Assembly (NCBI GenBank): GCA_016432325.1 | Contig: CP066684.1 | Coordinates: forward strand, 128,001 to 192,000 | DNA from: Candidatus Aenigmatarchaeota archaeon | GTDB lineage: Archaea > Aenigmatarchaeota > Aenigmatarchaeia > PWEA01 > JACQIF01 | Direction: 5' to 3' | DNA length: 64,000 nucleotides | Shown: positions 56,007 through 64,000 of the stretch, piece after piece | Numbering within the stretch: the first letter of the stretch is position 1 | How the letters are laid out: every line of letters starts with the position of its first letter | The notes under the pieces: model-generated | Database searches by the model: none | The model's input: only the letters and a program-made list of their open reading frames with translations | What the model was told of the DNA's origin: nothing | Program-made: the position numbers and the translations under genes

Positions 56007-56702
56007 ATGCCATCCCAGTCCATTCTCAAACCGGAAAACAAAGTGCTGATCTTCGCAGACAACCGTGAGTTCGCCTCCAAGGTAGTCCGTGAGCTCGCCC
56101 TTATGGACTGCATCGTGCAGCCGCAGCAGCTCGCTGTCGCGGACTTCATACTATCCGACCGCGTCGGCGTGGAACGCAAGACGACCGCCGACTTCGTTTC
56201 CTCCGTTTTTGACCAGCGCCTGTTCGAGCAGATAAGGAACCTGAAGAACTCGTACGAAAAACCCATCCTGATAATCGAGGGAGTGGACGTCTACGGCGAG
56301 CGCAACGTGCATCCGAACAGCATACGCGGCGCGCTTGCGTCGATAGCGATAGACTACGCCGTTCCCATACTGTGGACGCAGGATGAGGCCGAGACGGCAG
56401 GGATGCTTTTCTGGATAGCCAAGCGCGAACAGCTGGACCTTGGACGGCCTGTGGCGATACGCGCAGAGAAGAGGCGCACGACGCTTTCAGAGCACCAGGA
56501 GTTCCTCGTGGCCGGGCTGCCTGACGTGAACCGCGTTCGCGCGCGTGCGCTGCTCGAGCACCTCAGGACTCCGGAGAAGCTGTTCCGCGCCTCTGAGGAG
56601 CGTTTGCAGAAGGTCGGGGGCATAGGCCCGGTTCTCGCTAGGCGCATAAGAGAGGTCCTGACATCCGAATACGCGCCTGCTGAAGGCTCGAAAAAGGCTT
56701 AA
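56007..56702 (+). CDS. XPF/ERCC4 structure-specific endonuclease with HhH motifs
   Basis: ADNRE, ADFIL, VERKT..DF.SS, RLFEQ, IIEG and tandem HhH. Confidence 0.93.
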   Translation: MPSQSILKPENKVLIFADNREFASKVVRELALMDCIVQPQQLAVADFILSDRVGVERKTTADFVSSVFDQRLFEQIRNLKNSYEKPILIIEGVDVYGERNVHPNSIRGALASIAIDYAVPILWTQDEAETAGMLFWIAKREQLDLGRPVAIRAEKRRTTLSEHQEFLVAGLPDVNRVRARALLEHLRTPEKLFRASEERLQKVGGIGPVLARRIREVLTSEYAPAEGSKKA

Positions 56703-56737
56703 ATAAAGAGAGGGCGGATTAGAAGCCGAGTGTACAT

Positions 56738-57316
56738 ATGGACGCCAAGATTATGTTCGCCCAGGCCTTCGGGACGGGCAACGAGATAAGCACGCTCGTC
56801 CAGAGCGAGTTCTTCGCGTACGCGCTGCCGTTCCTGTTCGCTTTTGCGGTGGTTTACGGTCTGCTGAGCCACGTCGGCGAGAAGGGTCTGCCGGAGGACA
56901 AGCACTCGCGCGTGGTTATTGCTCTTGCTTCTGGATTCCTTGTATTGCCGATTGCGCCCAGCTTGGTAGGAATACTCAGCACGGTGTCGAGCGGGCTTGT
57001 GGTTGGCGTTGGAGCACTCCTGATTCTCGTAATACTATTCGAACTACTTGGTGTACGCTCAAGTAAGAAGGTGCCTGTCCTCGAGGGAGGCAAGCACGTT
57101 GGATACCAAGACATCCCAATGTCTATCTTCGAAGCACACAATAAGATGTTCTTGGCGCTCCTTGCTATAATAGCCGTTTTGATATTCGCAAACGCCGGAT
57201 GGTTCTCGGCTCTGGGTCTGCCCACACCAGACTTCCTGTTTAACTCGCCGCTAATCCTTTTCGTTATATTCATGATTGCGATAGTAGCGTGGGTTAGCCG
57301 AGGGGAGCAAACATGA
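56738..57316 (+). CDS. Multi-TM membrane protein, paralog A
   Basis: QSEFF..LPFLFAFAVVYGLL; paralogous to the next gene. Confidence 0.8.
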   Translation: MDAKIMFAQAFGTGNEISTLVQSEFFAYALPFLFAFAVVYGLLSHVGEKGLPEDKHSRVVIALASGFLVLPIAPSLVGILSTVSSGLVVGVGALLILVILFELLGVRSSKKVPVLEGGKHVGYQDIPMSIFEAHNKMFLALLAIIAVLIFANAGWFSALGLPTPDFLFNSPLILFVIFMIAIVAWVSRGEQT

Positions 57317-57879
57317 TAGGAGCTTTGTTGCTTCAGATACCTGTCGGGGTTGGAAGCGAGATAAGACAATTTACGCAGAGCGAGTTCTTCGTCTTTGTAA
57401 TCCCGTTCCTTCTCTCTTTCGCTATTGTCTACGGCTTTCTGGGCCACGCGAAGGTTCCCAAGGACCCGCAGATACGGGCGGTAATATCTCTGCTTGTCGG
57501 ATTGCTTACCCTGCCGGCGGCACCTATCCTTGTTGGATTCCTCACGCCTCTCTCTGGAAGCCTGCTCGTGCTGATAGGAGGACTGCTCGTTTTAATAATC
57601 ATGCTGGAGATGCTCGGCCTCGGCTCTAAAGGGAAGTCTTACATAGAAAAAACCAAGGAAGGCGTCAGTCTTAAATCCTTGCCAGGCAGCGGTCTGTTCC
57701 AGCGTCATGGCACAGGATTCGCAATTATAATGATTGCCGCGGCATTGCTAATCTTCTTCAACGCCGGCGGCCTGAACCTGCTGGGCTTCCAGACGCCTGG
57801 CGTGTTCCTCAACGCCCCTCTGATATTCTTCCTGATAGTAATCTTCCTGGTAGTCTACTTCGTTTCTCTGAAAGAATGA
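57313..57879 (+). CDS. Multi-TM membrane protein, paralog B
   Basis: QSEFF..IPFLLSFAIVYGFL; ATGA overlap. Confidence 0.8.
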   Translation: MIGALLLQIPVGVGSEIRQFTQSEFFVFVIPFLLSFAIVYGFLGHAKVPKDPQIRAVISLLVGLLTLPAAPILVGFLTPLSGSLLVLIGGLLVLIIMLEMLGLGSKGKSYIEKTKEGVSLKSLPGSGLFQRHGTGFAIIMIAAALLIFFNAGGLNLLGFQTPGVFLNAPLIFFLIVIFLVVYFVSLKE

Positions 57880-57883
57880 GCGC

Positions 57884-58672
57884 CTAGCCCATCGCATATC
57901 CGTTCCTGTTCCAGTGGTTGTCTATCCACAGGCGGGCTCTCTGTTGTTTGTCGTAGTCCAGTGAAACATGACCTTCTGAAATGAGTTCGACTGCTTTGAC
58001 GAACGCAGGAACGTCGCACAGGCGTTTCATCTTCTCCTGGTGAGCCGCGGCGAACGCTTCCAGACTCGATTCGTGGTTGAATATCTCTTCTGTCATTCCT
58101 TCCACAGGCAGCGCTTTCGAGCGCACGAGTATCGGGCCCTGGTCGGGCTCCTCGCTCATCAGATGAATCGTTGAGCGCGTCTCGTTTTCGCCTGCTCTCA
58201 GAGCCTTCAGCACAGCACGGTCTCCTGTGTACTTCCTACTGCCGTGTTCGTCCGTAGAGGCCAAGTCGGCCGGATGCACGTTGAAGACAGGGAAGCGTTT
58301 TATTACCGGCGCCGTCAGCTTCTTCATGTAACCGGACGCGATGATTATGTCTGTTTTGAACCGCTCAACTTCCATCAAGTCATCGAGAAGTAGTGTGCCC
58401 GCCCTGTCGAACAGACGCCGCGTATCCATATCCTTCAGGTTCGGCTGGTCGCTGTTGGCGTAGAACTTTTCCATGTCATTGACGATAACGGGTATTTCGT
58501 GCGATTCGAACCATCCGAGCGCTCCGGCCTTCGAATTGTCTGTATAGCCCGCTTTCAGAGGCCAGCGTTCGTGGATTGCTTTAGCGCTCGACGCGCCTCC
58601 GCTGAAAAAGGCGACGATGCCTATGTCTTCAGGTTTTCCAGAATAGATTGCGTGCTGCTCGTGAGCCTGCAT
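57884..58672 (-). CDS. purN: Phosphoribosylglycinamide formyltransferase
   Basis: FFSGGAS, ASGYM, NVHPADL, T.STIH, D.GPI; divergent from purL. Confidence 0.85.
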   Translation of the reverse strand: MQAHEQHAIYSGKPEDIGIVAFFSGGASSAKAIHERWPLKAGYTDNSKAGALGWFESHEIPVIVNDMEKFYANSDQPNLKDMDTRRLFDRAGTLLLDDLMEVERFKTDIIIASGYMKKLTAPVIKRFPVFNVHPADLASTDEHGSRKYTGDRAVLKALRAGENETRSTIHLMSEEPDQGPILVRSKALPVEGMTEEIFNHESSLEAFAAAHQEKMKRLCDVPAFVKAVELISEGHVSLDYDKQQRARLWIDNHWNRNGYAMG

Positions 58673-58688
58673 GCAGATACGAACGAGT

Positions 58689-58708
58689 CGAAAGTATATA
58701 TCCTTTCG
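58689..58708. promoter_or_regulatory. Symmetric bidirectional promoter for purN and purL
   Basis: CGAAAG-TATATATC-CTTTCG, with start codons roughly 25-30 nt away on each side. Confidence 0.65.
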
Positions 58709-58725
58709 GTGCGCACGTGCGTTCG

Positions 58726-61700
58726 ATGGCCGTTTCTGTCATACAAGTGGGGTACAAGGCAGACCAGCGCGACCCTGACGGGGAAAAGACGCTGCGCGAG
58801 TTGCGCAACGCGGGTTTGCGTGTCGAAGACGTCCGCGTGCTCAAGAACTATCGAATCGAGTCAGACCTGCTACAGGACGAACTCGAGCGCCTCACGCGTG
58901 GACTGTTCTTGGATCCTATAGCACAGCAGGTCTCTCTCAACGAACCTCTTGACGTGCCCGCTGACGCAGCCGTAGAGGTCGCATTCAAGGGGGGTGTGAC
59001 GGATAGGGAAGGCCGCACGGCGCAAGAAGCCATCTCGGACTTTCTCGGCAGGTCGTTTGAAGGGAAGGTATACACATCAGCAGAATATCTTCTCAGAGGA
59101 GGTTTAACAGACGCTGAACTCGAACGCGCCTCCTCGATGCTGCACAATTCGCGGATAAAGGATGCCACGGTAACGCGCACACGGGAACTGAGAACCGCCG
59201 TGCCGCATGTTGACGGCGCCCATGAGATACGCGTGGATACAGTAGACCTCAACGTATCAGACGAACAGTTATTGTCCATAAGCAAACGCGGCACCCTCTC
59301 TCTTGATTTGAAAGAAATGAAAACAATGCAGGAGCACTTCGTGAGACCAGCAATCGTCCAGGAGCGCGTCTCCATGGGCTTCCCTGTCGCGCCCACTGCC
59401 GCAGAAATCGAGATACTCGCGCAGACGTGGTCCGAACACTGCAAACACAAGATATTCAACGCCGTGGTCGATTACACGAATCTGGATACGGGCGAATCAC
59501 GTACCATAGACAGCCTCTTTGAGACATGCATCAAAGGGCCGACAGAACGCGCGATGAAGCGCGGACGCACGCCGATAGTCGTCGCATTCAAGGACAACGC
59601 AGGCATCGCAACGTTCAACAAGGGCTGGAACTACTGCGAAAAATTTGAGTCGCACAACCACCCGTCCGGCTTGGACGGGTACGGTGGCTCGATGACAGGG
59701 CTTAACGGAGTTCAGAGAGACATATTAGGAGCCGGTCTAGGCGCTAAGCTGATAAGCGGACATTTTGCCTACCATTTGGGCCCCCTGGACTACGAAGGCC
59801 CACTCAAATCGAGGTTCCACCCAAGGGATCTTCTGTCCGCCATCCATAAAGGAGTCGTGGACGCCGGAAACCAGACGGGCATCCCAACCACGAACGGTTC
59901 TGTCCGCACGGACCTCGGTTGGCTCGGTAAACCGGGCGTTCTTGTCGGCGCCAGAGGAATAATGCCTGCAGAGATAAACGGCCGACCGAGCCACCTTAAG
60001 GAAATCAGACCGGGTTACGCTGCTATCATGATTGGTGGTCGCGTCGGCAGGGACGGCATACACGGCGCGACAGCGTCCAGCGGTGGTCTGCATAAGGAGT
60101 CGCCGACATCGTCTGTCCAGCTCGGGGATCCGATAGTGCAGAAGAGGGAAATGGACCTCCAGATGGAAGCCCGTGATAGAGGCTACTATACGGGTGTCAC
60201 AGACTGCGGTGCTGGCGGTCTTAGCTCGAGCATTGGCGAGACAGCGCAGCTTAGCGGAGGAGCAGAAGTTGACACAAGTGTCGTGCCCCTAAAGCACGGG
60301 TTCCTTCAGCCAGATGAGACTATCGTTTCTGAATCCCAAGAACGCATGGTGGTAGCTGCTCCTCGGGAGAATGTGCCGGCCTTCCTCGAACTCTCGCGAA
60401 AGAGACATGTCGAATCCACGGTGGTCGGCAAATACACAAACACAGGCAAGTTCCACGTCCACCATGGAGGCAGGCCTGTCGCGTATCTGGACATGGAGTT
60501 CCTGCACAACGGCGCGCCGCGCAAGCGACTTGAGGCAGAATGGAGAAAGCCAGTCAACCCGGAGCCGAGGTTCGCCCGTTCTTCGGGGAGGCGGCTTGAC
60601 GAGGAACTATTGATGCTCATGTCAAGACCCAATCTCGCCAGCATAGAGGTGCTCATGCGTCAGTACGATCACGAGGTTCAGGGCGGCAGCGTCATCAAAC
60701 CCTTCGTTGGTAAGAATCGAGACGTCGCGAGCGACGCTGTCGTGCAGAGGCCTCTTCTGGATTCGATGGAGGGTCTTGCTTTCAGTCAGGGAAGCAACCC
60801 AGACCTGAGCCGTATCGACACGTATCACATGGCTACGAACGCGATGGACGAGGCTGTACGGCGCGTCGTGGCCGTGGGCGCTCCTCTCAGGCGGCGCGAC
60901 GGCAAGGATAATATTCTGGTCAACGACAACTTCTTCTGGCCTTCGCCACTCTTCGACGCCAAGAATAACCCGGATGGTAAGTACAAGATGGCCCAACTCG
61001 TCAGGGCGAACGAAGGTCTCGCCGCTTATGCGCAGTCAATGGGCGTTTGGCCATTTTCAGGAAAGGACAGCATGTCAATGGATAGCGAACACGACGACGG
61101 AACAGGAAAGATAACAAAGGTTTCGGGCTTGCCAATGCTCCTCATCTCAGCCAGCGCCAAGGTCGAGGACGTGCGCGACTGCGTGACAATGGACTTCAAA
61201 CAGAAAGGCGATGTGGTTTACATTGTCGGCAAGACAGACGGCCGGATGGGCGCGTCAGAGTTTGCGTTGATGAACAGCGAGAATGCTATAGGCAACGATG
61301 TTCCAGAGGTTAACTTCCGCACGTCCAGGCGCACTTACGCGCGAACGCACGACGCGATAGCTCGCGGGCTCGTAAGCTCTGTTCACGGCTGTTACAAAGG
61401 AGGTTTGGCTGCTGCGCTCGCGCAGAGCGCAATTGGCGGCGATTGCGGCGTGTCGGTAGATATCGGTTCCTATGCGGATGTCTGCGGTACCACAGATGTC
61501 GAGACGCTCTTTGCAGAGACGCCTTCGCGTTTCGTGGTCAGCGTCTCGCAGGAGCGTGCCAGAGCGTTCGAGCGTCTCATGGGACCCGTTACGGCTGCGA
61601 AGATAGGGCATGTGAATGGAGGGGCCAGATCGGTGGACGTGAGCTTCTATGGGCGTCATATCATAGAAACGGAGACGCAAGAGTTGCGAGACGCATCCAA

Positions 61701-61740
61701 ATCGACATTCAAGAGTTGGGAGTATGAACCGAAAGCCTAG
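58726..61740 (+). CDS. purL: FGAM synthase PurL with fused PurS-like N-terminus
   Basis: AQTWSEHCKHKIF, KFESHNHPS, GRDGIHGAT, DCGAGG, SESQERM, QYDHEVQG, SGKDSM. Confidence 0.95.
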   Translation: MAVSVIQVGYKADQRDPDGEKTLRELRNAGLRVEDVRVLKNYRIESDLLQDELERLTRGLFLDPIAQQVSLNEPLDVPADAAVEVAFKGGVTDREGRTAQEAISDFLGRSFEGKVYTSAEYLLRGGLTDAELERASSMLHNSRIKDATVTRTRELRTAVPHVDGAHEIRVDTVDLNVSDEQLLSISKRGTLSLDLKEMKTMQEHFVRPAIVQERVSMGFPVAPTAAEIEILAQTWSEHCKHKIFNAVVDYTNLDTGESRTIDSLFETCIKGPTERAMKRGRTPIVVAFKDNAGIATFNKGWNYCEKFESHNHPSGLDGYGGSMTGLNGVQRDILGAGLGAKLISGHFAYHLGPLDYEGPLKSRFHPRDLLSAIHKGVVDAGNQTGIPTTNGSVRTDLGWLGKPGVLVGARGIMPAEINGRPSHLKEIRPGYAAIMIGGRVGRDGIHGATASSGGLHKESPTSSVQLGDPIVQKREMDLQMEARDRGYYTGVTDCGAGGLSSSIGETAQLSGGAEVDTSVVPLKHGFLQPDETIVSESQERMVVAAPRENVPAFLELSRKRHVESTVVGKYTNTGKFHVHHGGRPVAYLDMEFLHNGAPRKRLEAEWRKPVNPEPRFARSSGRRLDEELLMLMSRPNLASIEVLMRQYDHEVQGGSVIKPFVGKNRDVASDAVVQRPLLDSMEGLAFSQGSNPDLSRIDTYHMATNAMDEAVRRVVAVGAPLRRRDGKDNILVNDNFFWPSPLFDAKNNPDGKYKMAQLVRANEGLAAYAQSMGVWPFSGKDSMSMDSEHDDGTGKITKVSGLPMLLISASAKVEDVRDCVTMDFKQKGDVVYIVGKTDGRMGASEFALMNSENAIGNDVPEVNFRTSRRTYARTHDAIARGLVSSVHGCYKGGLAAALAQSAIGGDCGVSVDIGSYADVCGTTDVETLFAETPSRFVVSVSQERARAFERLMGPVTAAKIGHVNGGARSVDVSFYGRHIIETETQELRDASKSTFKSWEYEPKA

Positions 61741-62584
61741 GGTTGCCGTGCTGACAGGAGACGGGATAAACTGCGAGGTCGAGATGGCCTACGCCTTCCG
61801 ACTTGCGGGCGCGCAAGCCGACATCATACACCTGACAGACCTGTTCAACGGGGACAGGACGCTCGAACCGTACCAGATGCTTGGGCTTCCCGGAGGCTTC
61901 CATGCGGGTGATGATCTCTGTTCTGGCAAGGTTCTGGCCAACCAACTGCGCACGAAGCTGCGCGAACCTCTCGCGGAGTTCGTTGAAGACGGAAAGCTCA
62001 TGATCGGAATATGCAACGGTTTCCAGGCTCTCGTGCGCGCGGGGATGCTGCCTGCAACGGACGGCATAGACTGGAAGAGCGACGACCCGCAGGTTTACCA
62101 GCAGGCGACGCTCGCGGCGAACGACTCCGGCCGTTTCGAAGACAGGTGGGTTACTGTACGAACTCCCACTATGCTGGAAGAGCTCATCGATACAGATGGT
62201 CCTGTCACGCCCTTCACAAAGTACGTGCGCCAGATCGATTTGCCCGTTCGCCATGGAGAGGGCAAGTTCGTATCTTCCAGAAAAATGATGGATAAGATGT
62301 GGAGCAACAGGCAGATATCATACCTATACGCCAACCCATGCAGTGGAGAAAGGACGGCCGGCTATCCGTGCAACCCCAACGGAGCGATGGACGACATCGC
62401 TGCGATTTCAGACCCCACAGGACGCATCTTCGGCATGATGCCGCATCCCGAGGCTTACAACCACCCCACAAACCACCCCGACTACACGCGCTGGCCCAGA
62501 GAGAAGAGGCGGGCCATGAAGGAAGGCGAAGGCATAGCCATTCTGCGCGGCGGAGTGGAATATGCGCGAGAGCGGCTGCTTTAG
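61724..62584 (+). CDS. purQ: FGAM synthase glutaminase subunit
   Basis: GINCE.E, PGGF..GD, GICNGFQ, HGEG, GMMPHPE. Confidence 0.96.
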   Translation: MNRKPRVAVLTGDGINCEVEMAYAFRLAGAQADIIHLTDLFNGDRTLEPYQMLGLPGGFHAGDDLCSGKVLANQLRTKLREPLAEFVEDGKLMIGICNGFQALVRAGMLPATDGIDWKSDDPQVYQQATLAANDSGRFEDRWVTVRTPTMLEELIDTDGPVTPFTKYVRQIDLPVRHGEGKFVSSRKMMDKMWSNRQISYLYANPCSGERTAGYPCNPNGAMDDIAAISDPTGRIFGMMPHPEAYNHPTNHPDYTRWPREKRRAMKEGEGIAILRGGVEYARERLL

Positions 62585-62591
62585 AAATTAT

Positions 62592-62700
62592 TGGAGCGGG
62601 GGTTGGGAATTGCACCCAAGTAGATCCGCTTTCCGGCATGTCGGAAAATCGCGTTTCCGCACGCCTGCAGGCGGACGCATAGCTGCTCTGCCACCCCCGC
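62592..62700 (-). tRNA. tRNA-Cys(GCA) with a 34-nt intron at 37/38 (62631-62664) and encoded CCA
   Basis: GCGGGGG/CCCCCGC acceptor stem, U73 then CCA, TCCGC/GCGGA anticodon stem, CT-GCA loop, TTGGG/CCCAA T-stem; 75 nt after intron removal. Confidence 0.92.
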
Positions 62701-62701
62701 G

Positions 62702-64000
62702 TCACTTGATGAAACGCCACCTCGGGCCTTCCGACGTATCTTGGACTTCAATTCCGTACTGGTCCAAGAGCCTCTTCCGCAGCTCGTCCGCGGCCGTGAA
62801 GTCCTTCTGCTTCCTCATCTCTTCCCTCTGTTCGATAAGCTTCTTAACCTCGGCGGGTAGAGGGCGTTCCTCTTTTCTGAGTACGGCAAGGACACTGTCA
62901 AAGTCGTGCATTGTGTCGAGTACTCGCTGCGCGTCGCGGGAAGCCATCGCCTTCGTTTCGAGCAGCTTGTTGATGGAACCCACGAAGTGATGCAGAGATG
63001 CCCACATCTCCGGCACGTTAAGGTCATCGTCCATCGTGCGCTCGAACTCTTTGCGCACCTCGGCGACCAGCTTGCGTACGGCTGTACTGCTCTTCCCGTT
63101 CTTGTGACGTGCGAGCCGATCCATGAACTCGTCGAGCTTGTCGAGCGTGTTCGCGGCGTTCTTCAGCGACTCCCAGCTGAAAAGCTGCTGCGTGCGATAG
63201 TGCGCGGTCAGGTAAAAAAACCTCAGCTGGCGCGGCGTGAACGTTTCGTCGATAACGCTCTGCAACCGCAGGAAGTTCCCTTTGGATTTTGCCATCTTCA
63301 AAGGCCGGGCCTTTGAAGTTTCCGACCAATTGTCGGAAATTTTTGTGTCGCTCACGTTCAGGAATTCGCAGTGGAACCAGTACTTGGCGAAAGGACGGCC
63401 TGTGGCCGCCTCGCTCTGCGCGATTTCATTCGTGTGGTGTACGGGTATGTGGTCTATGCCTCCGGCATGTACGTCGAGCGTGCGTCCCAGATACTTCATT
63501 GCCATCGCAGAGCACTCGATGTGCCAGCCGGGGAATCCTCGGCCCCAGGGCGAGTCCCATTCCATGTGGCGTAGCGTGCCCGCAGGAGTGAGTTTCCACA
63601 GCGCGAAGTCCGTGGCGTTGCGCTTGCCTGCCGTGACCTCGACGCGCGCGCCTGCCTTCAATCCTTCGATGTTCAGGCGCGCCAGCTTCCCGTAATCCTT
63701 GAGCCTGGACGTATCAAAGTAGACTCCATCGCGTATCTTGTATGTGTAACCCTTGCGTTCGAGAGTTCTGACGAGAGTAATCTGTTCACTTATGTGGTCT
63801 GTCGCGCGGCACCAGATGTCAGGCATGAGTGCGCCCAGAAGCTCCAAGTCGTTCTTGAAGACCTTCTCGTAAAACGCAGCAATATCCCAGGCGCTCTTAT
63901 GCTCGCGCTGCTCGGCGACTACCATCTTGTCCTCTCCCTGATCGGCGTCATCGGTCAGGTGCCCGACGTCCGTGACGTTCGTGACGTGCTTGACGCGGAA
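62702..64000 (-). CDS. cysS: Cysteinyl-tRNA synthetase (5' end outside the window)
   Basis: NVTDVGH, DFALWK, WDSPWG.G.PGWHIECSAM, GGIDH..HH.NE.AQ, KMAKS, HYR. Confidence 0.97.
   Translation of the reverse strand, partial: FRVKHVTNVTDVGHLTDDADQGEDKMVVAEQREHKSAWDIAAFYEKVFKNDLELLGALMPDIWCRATDHISEQITLVRTLERKGYTYKIRDGVYFDTSRLKDYGKLARLNIEGLKAGARVEVTAGKRNATDFALWKLTPAGTLRHMEWDSPWGRGFPGWHIECSAMAMKYLGRTLDVHAGGIDHIPVHHTNEIAQSEAATGRPFAKYWFHCEFLNVSDTKISDNWSETSKARPLKMAKSKGNFLRLQSVIDETFTPRQLRFFYLTAHYRTQQLFSWESLKNAANTLDKLDEFMDRLARHKNGKSSTAVRKLVAEVRKEFERTMDDDLNVPEMWASLHHFVGSINKLLETKAMASRDAQRVLDTMHDFDSVLAVLRKEERPLPAEVKKLIEQREEMRKQKDFTAADELRKRLLDQYGIEVQDTSEGPRWRFIK
63296..63340. repeat. 45-nt double-palindrome in-frame insertion in cysS
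   Basis: CTTCAAAGGCC-G-GGCCTTTGAAG directly abutting TTTCCGAC-CAATT-GTCGGAAA. Confidence 0.85.

Overview
Gene-dense, GC-rich archaeal chromosome segment. The fused PriS-PriL primase, archaeal informational genes (FEN1, PCNA, GINS, Cdc6, SRP54, SRP RNA, uS15, eS1, Dph5, Trm5, Hef/XPF) and very short spacers suggest a DPANN archaeon, possibly Aenigmarchaeota-like (inference, no search run). For DPANN it is unusually biosynthetic, with an ether-lipid cluster (egsA, GGGP synthase, DGGGP synthase, uppS nearby) and purine/pyrimidine genes (purL, purQ, purN, purB, pyrE, pyrF). No CRISPR array, rRNA, transposase, integrase or viral hallmark gene was seen. The main unexplained signal is a dispersed set of short stacked-hairpin palindromic elements that share motifs (TTC[C]GACA..GTCG[G]A, TGAAA..TTTCA, AACGCCTG). 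They occur as an exact 45-nt in-frame insertion before the KMSKS motif of cysS, in the tRNA-Cys intron, inside other ORFs and in several 5' leaders. Other notable items are a four-gene coiled-coil operon, an archaeosortase with Ser in place of the catalytic Cys, a PyrE with a nested duplication, a split Hef with two unannotated zinc-finger microproteins between the halves, tandem in-frame uORFs before a HerA-like ATPase, and cysS directly followed by its cognate tRNA.
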